Virus record (IMG/VR): IMGVR_UViG_3300037515_000071 | Location: 1 to 24,300 of that record | From: a virus | Taxonomy: Duplodnaviria; Caudoviricetes | Length of the DNA: 24,300 bases | Strand: one strand, 5' to 3' | Part shown: one piece after another, positions 17,521 to 24,300 of the stretch | Position numbering within the stretch: the first letter of the stretch is position 1 | Layout: each line of letters begins with the position of its first letter | The notes under the pieces: model-generated | Told to the model about the DNA's origin: nothing | What the model saw: the letters and a program-made list of their open reading frames with translations, nothing else | Databases searched by the model: none | Position numbers and translations under genes: made by a program

Positions 17521-18299
17521 TTTTGCGGGAATCAAAATTTGGAGTGGCATTATATGGACCGGCAAGAGAAATTAAAGATGATTTTGCTGGTGTAGATGCC
17601 CCAAAATTAAAATTTAATTTTACATTGACATTAGAATATTCTAATGTATTACAAGGCACTACAAAGGGCAATGAAGACCCTCTTAAAATTGATTTTGGAA
17701 TAAAACAAATAACTCGTCCGGTTCCTAATATTATATATGAAGATGTTAATTATTATAATTTTATGACAAAGGTGGCAGTTCGTGTTGATTTTGGAATTAT
17801 AACAGTAACATTATATGACGATAGACAAAATAGAGCGCATGATATTTTTAAAAATTATATGGAGGCAATAAGTCCAATAACTAAAAATAATAAAAGTCAG
17901 GCACCATTATTATATAGAGCAGGATTAAGTACAGCTTCTACTATAGGTCCACTTGACGAAGATGCTCGTAGTGGGGTAATAAAAAATATAAGAGTAACTC
18001 ATTTTATAAATAATTCAGGAAAAAAAGTAATATATGATTATTTAAATCCTAAAATTCAAAGTGTAATTTTAGATGAATTAGATATGGCGACCTCTGAGGT
18101 AAATACTATAAGTTTTACATTTATATATGACACATTTAATATAATTCATGAAGGTGGGTCTGATACCTCTGGTGTGCCGAAAACTGAAAGTAATATTAAA
18201 TTAGATGAATTACCTCTTCCACCAAATAAAGCGGCAGAAGAAATAAAAAGAAGAAATCCAGATGATGGAATTTTACCACCACGTCTTGCACGTATATAA
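17517..18299 (+). CDS. Tail tube-fold protein (gp19/gp54-like, baseplate-tube junction)
   Basis: PKLKFNF, KQITRP, ITVTLYDD and LDMATSEVNTISFTFIYD parallel the motifs in 16341-16910. Confidence 0.65.
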   Translation: MILRESKFGVALYGPAREIKDDFAGVDAPKLKFNFTLTLEYSNVLQGTTKGNEDPLKIDFGIKQITRPVPNIIYEDVNYYNFMTKVAVRVDFGIITVTLYDDRQNRAHDIFKNYMEAISPITKNNKSQAPLLYRAGLSTASTIGPLDEDARSGVIKNIRVTHFINNSGKKVIYDYLNPKIQSVILDELDMATSEVNTISFTFIYDTFNIIHEGGSDTSGVPKTESNIKLDELPLPPNKAAEEIKRRNPDDGILPPRLARI

Positions 18300-18301
18300 T
18301 C

Positions 18302-18772
18302 ATGAGAAAATGGAAACAGGCGACTAAACCATTCCCGTTAAGAAATCCTCAAAAATATTTAGGAGACATCAGACAACTAAAATATAAATCTTCATGGGAA
18401 GAAGAAGCATTTAAAGTATGTGATAATAATCCATATATATTGGAGTGGGGATATGAAATAATTGATATACTTTATGTTATCCCTAGTATAAAAACTATGG
18501 GTAAATTACAAGTTAAAAAATATAAACCGGATTTATATGTTGTTGTTCAAAATGAAAATGGAACAGTTAATAAAAAATTAATTGAAATAAAACCATTTAA
18601 ACAAACAAAAAAATCAAGATCAAGAAATCCTAGAATTAAATTGCAAGAAGATTATATTCATGGAATTAATACTTTAAAATGGAATGCCGCTGTTGAATGG
18701 TGTAAGGAACGAAATATAGAATTTTTAGTAGTTACTGAACGAGAATTGTTTGGAAATAGAACTAGAAAATAG
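18302..18772 (+). CDS. Head completion nuclease, T4 gp4-like (TnsA-like fold)
   Basis: NPQKYLGD, YKSSWE, CDNNP..LEW..E, YKPD, LIEIKP, N..KW.AA..WC. Confidence 0.9.
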   Translation: MRKWKQATKPFPLRNPQKYLGDIRQLKYKSSWEEEAFKVCDNNPYILEWGYEIIDILYVIPSIKTMGKLQVKKYKPDLYVVVQNENGTVNKKLIEIKPFKQTKKSRSRNPRIKLQEDYIHGINTLKWNAAVEWCKERNIEFLVVTERELFGNRTRK

Positions 18773-18779
18773 AATATTT

Positions 18780-18787
18780 TATAAATA
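18780..18787 (+). promoter_or_regulatory. T4-type late promoter TATAAATA
   Basis: Exact match 30 nt upstream of ATG 18818. Confidence 0.7.
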
Positions 18788-18817
18788 CTTAATGTAATTA
18801 ATATTTTGGAGTTTTAG

Positions 18818-20545
18818 ATGAATAAATCAATTAAAGAGAATTCAGTAAGTGGATCAGTATCTGCACACTCTATTGCAGCGTTTCCAAATAGATTAGGTAC
18901 AAAACGTAGAAACAAACCAAAAACTTTTAAAGATTATATTATAAACTTTTATAAGATATTAAATAATAAATTACATATGATTCCAGTTAATGCATATAAA
19001 TTAGATAGTAAAAAGAAAAAATTAAAAATAGTTTCTTCTATTTCTGAAAGTTTTAATTTGGATAGTGTTCTTTCACAATTAAGTAATTTTGAAAATAAAA
19101 ATACAAGAGATGATGAAGATGTAATTACATATGGCGTGGAAGATGATAAAGGTAACTTAATGAAAGTTACTATTTTAAATACACAAGCAAATGATTTTGA
19201 AACATATATAAGCGCATATCTTTCAGAATTGAAAAATTTTAAAGATGAGGGTGTAGATTTAAAAGATATTTCTTTAGCTGAATTATTATATAAATTAAAA
19301 GATTTATTTGATGTTAGAGATGTTGAATTTCCAAGTATACCGGAAGATATTATATATAATGCGGATGAAACGAGTACTACTGTATCCAATGATGATGTTG
19401 ATATTCAAGATGAAAATGTTCCTCCTGATGAATTTGATTTAGAAGGCGAAAGTAATTTTGAGGATGAATTTAATCCGGAAGAAATAGGAGATGAAACGGA
19501 AGAAGGAGAAGAAATAATAGATGATGAATCGGTTGAAGATTTTTCAGAAATTGAAGATGAATCATCAACTCAGTCTATACTTATGAGTATAATAGATATG
19601 CTTAAATCTCAGGCAGAGGAACAAAAGGCAAGACATGAAGCAGAAGCAGAAAAAGCTAGGGCTGAGCAGGCGGAATATTCTGCTAGGGCAGCAGAGGCTA
19701 CATTAAATAATAGAGAAGAATTAATAGCTATGCAAGCTGAAAAAAATGAACAAAAAAGTAAAGAAAAAGAAGCTAAAAAACAAGCTGATTTAGCTACTTA
19801 TCGATATAAGAAAAGTAAAGGTATGCTTGATGATTCAAATCCTACATTTGAAGAATTTTCTTTTGATGGCGGCATATTAAGACATATTTTATTTGAAGAA
19901 GATATACTTATGGACCCCGCACTTTTGCGTAGGCAACAACAGACTGAATTAGTTGCATTACAAGCAGCATTAAGAAATGCTGCCACAAATGAAGAAAAAA
20001 ATGCTATACAAAAACAAATATCATTATTACATAGAAAATTTATGATAAAACGGCAAGAAGCAAAAGCTAGACAAGATCAACAAAATGCAATTAATAAAAC
20101 ACGAGATGAAGAAAATATAAAGGATAAAACTCGTCAAAATAATAATGTACAACAAGATAATAGACAAGATAGTAGACAAAATCAATTATCAGAATCTGAT
20201 ATTATTATAGAAACTATAACAAAAGATGAATATGAAAAATTAGATGAAGCAGTAAAGCGTCAATTTAAAAGATATGGTAATAAAATTGTAAGAAAATTTA
20301 GATGTTATGGTGGTCCAAAAGATGGAAGTATGGTAACGGATGCTGCTGATTGTGGAATTAAAAAAAACCCATTAAAGGTTCGACAAGGTAAGCAATCTGC
20401 CAGATTAAAAAAGGGACAAAGAGTTAGAAAGACTAATATGACTAAACGTAAAGCGCCATCTAAAAGATTAATTAGAATGAATAAACTTTTACGAGGGGAT
20501 ACAGATGTTTCATCAACATCTGTGAAATCATCAACTGGTATGTAA
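18818..20545 (+). CDS. Hypothetical late protein, possible prohead core/internal protein
   Basis: 575 aa with an acidic block, coiled coil, Q-rich block and basic C-terminus (RKFRC..GPKDG). Late promoter upstream. Confidence 0.6.
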   Translation: MNKSIKENSVSGSVSAHSIAAFPNRLGTKRRNKPKTFKDYIINFYKILNNKLHMIPVNAYKLDSKKKKLKIVSSISESFNLDSVLSQLSNFENKNTRDDEDVITYGVEDDKGNLMKVTILNTQANDFETYISAYLSELKNFKDEGVDLKDISLAELLYKLKDLFDVRDVEFPSIPEDIIYNADETSTTVSNDDVDIQDENVPPDEFDLEGESNFEDEFNPEEIGDETEEGEEIIDDESVEDFSEIEDESSTQSILMSIIDMLKSQAEEQKARHEAEAEKARAEQAEYSARAAEATLNNREELIAMQAEKNEQKSKEKEAKKQADLATYRYKKSKGMLDDSNPTFEEFSFDGGILRHILFEEDILMDPALLRRQQQTELVALQAALRNAATNEEKNAIQKQISLLHRKFMIKRQEAKARQDQQNAINKTRDEENIKDKTRQNNNVQQDNRQDSRQNQLSESDIIIETITKDEYEKLDEAVKRQFKRYGNKIVRKFRCYGGPKDGSMVTDAADCGIKKNPLKVRQGKQSARLKKGQRVRKTNMTKRKAPSKRLIRMNKLLRGDTDVSSTSVKSSTGM

Positions 20546-20547
20546 TA

Positions 20548-21018
20548 ATGAAATTAATAGATGATTTAAAATTACAATTGGATAGTATTGATGATGGGCA
20601 TGTAAAAAATATAATTAGTAAAATAAAAGAATTTATTTGTGAATATGAATCCAATATTGAAAATGATGAATGCACATGTGATGAAGAAGATATTGATGAA
20701 TTAAATCAATCAATTGAAATTAAATCTTTAACACATCATCCAAATATAGAATTTATTGATAGTTCTAAAATAATAACAGAAGATAATTCTATAACAAATA
20801 TTTGGTATGTTGATAATTTTGAATCCATTTCTGGAGCATGCAGCACGGGAAAAATAATATATAAAGATTCTGAATTATATATGAATATATGTGAACAAAA
20901 TGGTAAAACAACTGTTAATTTACTAGTAACAATAAATAATGAATTAAAAAATATTACATTTATTTTAGAAAAGACTTGCAATTCTGCAAATAACTATGAT
21001 ATGATCTTCTACTTGTAA
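20548..21018 (+). CDS. Hypothetical acidic protein
   Basis: 156-aa ORF packed 2 nt after the previous stop. Confidence 0.75.
   Translation: MKLIDDLKLQLDSIDDGHVKNIISKIKEFICEYESNIENDECTCDEEDIDELNQSIEIKSLTHHPNIEFIDSSKIITEDNSITNIWYVDNFESISGACSTGKIIYKDSELYMNICEQNGKTTVNLLVTINNELKNITFILEKTCNSANNYDMIFYL
20976..21005 (+). promoter_or_regulatory. Possible sigma70-type promoter for oxygenase-DsbA-polymerase genes
   Basis: TTGCAA (20976-20981), 18-nt spacer ending TGa, TATGAT (21000-21005). Same ACTTGCAAT context as the helicase promoter. Confidence 0.45.
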
Positions 21019-21039
21019 TTAAAAATTAGAGGATTATAT

Positions 21040-21669
21040 ATGAAAAATCCATTTATGGTTTTCCATGAATTTATTTCCCCTTTGCAATGTGAAGATATTA
21101 TTATAGGTAATAATAATATTTTTCCACAGGTGGATAAAGATGGTAATATAAAACCATTATTTTTTGGAAATACATTATCTGAAATAAGAATTCTTCCAAA
21201 ATTAAAAGAAGAAATAATACCTTCAGTAGAGTCTCATTATGATGTTGATATTAAAGGAATAAAACCGTTTCAATTTGAATGGTTTCCTGAAGGGTATAAA
21301 GGTGATAAAACCACATATGTCTGTGAAAATTCAATAATGATTAATGAAAAATGGGAACGTTCAAATAATAATGATTTTGCTGCTATTTTATTTTTAAATG
21401 AATATAATGATAATCCAGCATTTGATTCTGATTTTGAAGTATATGGAGGACAATTAGAGTTTTTAACTCACGGATTTTCATTTAATCCTAGAAGGGGTAC
21501 ATTAATTATATTCCCCGGAGCACCTAATTTTATTAACAATACAGCTACTGTTACCGTAGGAGAATTAAATCAAATACGAATACATTTTGCAGCACATGAA
21601 TTATTCGTGTATGATATGAACAAATTTTTAGGAAATTATAAAGTCTGGTTTAAAGGAGAGAAAATATGA
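21040..21669 (+). CDS. 2OG-Fe(II) oxygenase (prolyl-4-hydroxylase-like) fold protein with degenerate active site
   Basis: FISPLQCEDII, AILFLNEY, YGGQLEF, PRRGTLIIFP. The HxD, distal H and R are not evident. Confidence 0.72.
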   Translation: MKNPFMVFHEFISPLQCEDIIIGNNNIFPQVDKDGNIKPLFFGNTLSEIRILPKLKEEIIPSVESHYDVDIKGIKPFQFEWFPEGYKGDKTTYVCENSIMINEKWERSNNNDFAAILFLNEYNDNPAFDSDFEVYGGQLEFLTHGFSFNPRRGTLIIFPGAPNFINNTATVTVGELNQIRIHFAAHELFVYDMNKFLGNYKVWFKGEKI

Positions 21670-21938
21670 CAGATAATATTACATTACCATCTGATCCAAT
21701 AGATAGAAAAAAAATTAAAGATGCTATTATTGAGGCATCTTATGTATTGGACGCTATTGAATCTAAAAGAGATCAACTTAAAGATATAATTGATGTCATT
21801 AATTCCGAGTATAAATTATCTAAAAAAATACTTAGAAAAACGATTCGCATATATCATAAACAAAATTATAATGAAGTTTGTGAAGAAAATAATGAATTGG
21901 AATTAGTTTGTGAAAGTTTATTAGGAATTGAAGATTAA
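21666..21938 (+). CDS. Small dsDNA-binding protein, T4 DsbA/GapR-like
   Basis: 90-aa helical protein with IE..RD.LKDII....EYKLSKKILRKTIRIYHKQNY pattern. Confidence 0.65.
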   Translation: MTDNITLPSDPIDRKKIKDAIIEASYVLDAIESKRDQLKDIIDVINSEYKLSKKILRKTIRIYHKQNYNEVCEENNELELVCESLLGIED

Positions 21939-21943
21939 TTTTA

Positions 21944-24300
21944 ATGTATATTTCATCTATGTTAGACCCGGACTATAAAAATGTTATAGTCTGGGAAAGA
22001 AAAAATGGTAAACGGATACGAAAAATATATGATCCAGAATTAAATTTTTATGTGAAATATAAAGATGGAGAATATAAAGATGTTTATGGAAATAATCTAG
22101 CAAAGTTGGAATTTAACACATCTAAAGAATATTTTCAAACCAGAAAAGAATTACGAATAAAAGAGATAGATTTATATGAATCTGATATTTCTTTAGAGCA
22201 AAAAATATTATCAAAGTATTATTATAATACTGCAATTCCTGAATTAAATATTGTATTTTTTGATATTGAGGTTGATTATGATAAATTTATAGGATTTTCA
22301 GGAGTAAAGAATCCTTATGCTCCAATTAATTCTATTTCTTTATATTTTTATAATACGAATGAAAGATTAATTATAACCATTCCTCCTCAATATAGTCCAT
22401 ATAATCCATCAGACACACAATACAGCATAGAAGACTGTTCGACTAAATTATTAGATTCTTGTAAGATAATTTTTTGTAAAGATGAAAAAGAATTATTAAA
22501 TACATTTTTAGATTCTATTAAAGATTATGATCTAATATCAGGATGGAATTCTGATTATTTTGATGTTCCCTATATTTATAAAAGAATTAACAAAATATTA
22601 GGACCACGGTCTACTAAAAGATTATGTTTTCAAAATTCAAAAAATCCAATTATACGAGAAGTAGAAAGAGAAATTTTTGAAGGATTTAAGACAACAGAAG
22701 AAATTGTTATATTATATGGAAGAAAATCTATAGATTATAAAAGAATATATCAAAAATTTGTTAAAGAAAATAAATCATCATATTCATTAGATAATATTGC
22801 AAAAGAAGAATTATTAAATTATAAAAAATTAGAATATGAAGGATCATTATATGATTTATATAGAAATGATTTTATTTATTATCTTGAATATAATATGGTG
22901 GATACTGAAATTATTGTAAAATTAGAAGAAAAATTAAAATATTTAAATCTTGCTATAGAATTATCACACATGGCAACTACAGAGATAGAAAGCGTGTACG
23001 GAACTATACGACTTGCGGAATCCGCCATAATCAATTATTGTAATTATGTATTAAATGCTCGCGTACCGGATTCAAAACGACATGATTATTATTCCAAATA
23101 TGGAGGAGCAATTGTATTTGAACCAGAGGCTGGAGAATATAATATGATTGGCTCTGTAGATGTAGAATCATTGTATCCAACGGCATTAATATGTATCAAT
23201 GCCAGCCCTGAAACATTGATAGCGCAATTTGTAGAAAATGAAGCAGCATATATTAATATTTTTAATAATACAGGAGAATTATTAACTTTACATTATGAAG
23301 ATGGAAATATAGAAACAAAAACAACTGATGAATGGAAAAAATATTTTCAAACAGAAAAATATGCATTAAGTGCATATGGTACAGTATTTTCTCAAACTAA
23401 AGATGGGTTTATACCTGCAATATTAAAAGAATGGTTTGATGAAAGAAAAAAATATAAAAAATTAATGAATGAATATAAAATTCAATTAGAAAACATCGAT
23501 GAAAATAATTCTGAATATATGGAATTGAAATTGAAATTTGAATTATATGATAGATTTCAACATATTAAAAAAATTCAATTAAATTCATTATATGGTTGTA
23601 TGGGCAACAAATATTTTAAATTTTTTGATATTAGATTAGCAGAATCTACAACAAAAACAGGTAGAGAAATATTATTTCATTTAACCCGGCAAATTGGTAA
23701 AGATTTAAATGGAAAATATGAATATCCTAATGATTCAGTTATATACGGGGACTCAGTAGCCAAAGATTCTTTATTATATGTGGATGACGGAAATAGTCAA
23801 ACAATAGAAAATTTATTTGATTCTATAGATAATATTATTGGTGATAAGGAATATCATCACCCTGAAAATTTAAAGGTTTTAACTTATGATTCAAATATAA
23901 ACAAGTCATGTTATAAACCAGTTAAATACATTATGCGACATAAAAACAGGAAAAAAATGTTCAGAGTGTGGTTTACAAACTCAACGTACATAGATGTAAC
24001 AGAAGATCATTCACTTATGGGATATGTAAATGTACAAAAAAGAAAAACTTGTAACAGTCCTTTGCATGAAGTAAAACCAGAAGAAATAGGTAATGATATA
24101 AAAACTATTATTTGGTTAAAACGTATACCGCGACTATATAAATTAAATTCAAAAGAATATTCAAAAGAATTTTTTGAAATTATGGGTTTAGTTATTGGTG
24201 ACGGCGGATGTCATTCTATAAATTCCGGAGTAGAATTATCATTAGGATTTAAAGATAAAGATGAAATAATTGAAAAGACAATAACCCCCCTTATTGAACA
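21944..24300 (+). CDS. polB: Family B DNA polymerase (3'-truncated), intein-containing
   Basis: Own translation from ATG 21944: ExoI FFDIEVD, Exo[14 protein letters not shown], ExoIII YNMVD, motif A [9 protein letters not shown], motif B [10 protein letters not shown], motif C IYGD at 23741-23752. Confidence 0.96.
   Translation, partial: [785 protein letters not shown]
23753..24300 (+). mobile_element. Intein with LAGLIDADG homing endonuclease at the pol-c site (partial)
   Basis: YGD is followed by SVAKDS rather than TDS. Block B DVTEDHSL (about 23993-24016) and LAGLIDADG-like [10 protein letters not shown] (24176-24205). Confidence 0.93.

Noticed and set aside
2663-20981. Other short ORFs opposite long genes (2663, 6523, 7351, 10542, 11755, 12276, 13623, 15653, 16639, 18949, 19798, 20472, 20736)
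   Set aside because: All are antisense to well-supported genes and have no recognisable motifs.
1-24300. Stop-codon reassignment as seen in some jumbo phages
   Set aside because: Core genes are full length in the standard code, and TAA, TAG and TGA all end genes at sensible boundaries.

Overview
Very AT-rich, densely coding segment of a large T4-like (jumbo) myophage genome read in the standard genetic code. The left arm (minus strand, 1-16260) carries gp32-like SSB, a SWIM-finger protein, large terminase, a degenerate terminase-ATPase paralogue, a T5 A1-like metallophosphoesterase, small terminase, gp41-like helicase and two enlarged neck proteins. The right arm (plus strand, 16341-24300) carries tail tube and tube-like genes, gp4 head-completion nuclease, a probable core protein, a degenerate 2OG-Fe(II) oxygenase, a DsbA-like protein and a family B DNA polymerase interrupted at YGD by a LAGLIDADG intein. 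T4-type late promoters (TATAAATA) precede morphogenesis genes and sigma70-type promoters precede replication genes. The most striking feature is three near-identical copies of one gene dispersed among core genes (<1-629, 8735-9730, 14440-15513). Each has a capsid-targeting-like leader and a conserved YGKGTKWCT domain. The two complete copies end in 3 or 4 tandem 26-aa repeats with a constant scaffold and hypervariable positions, followed by a shared 37-bp promoter-bearing tail. This is a candidate diversifying, virion-delivered binding-protein system. All family assignments come from recalled motifs, not database searches.
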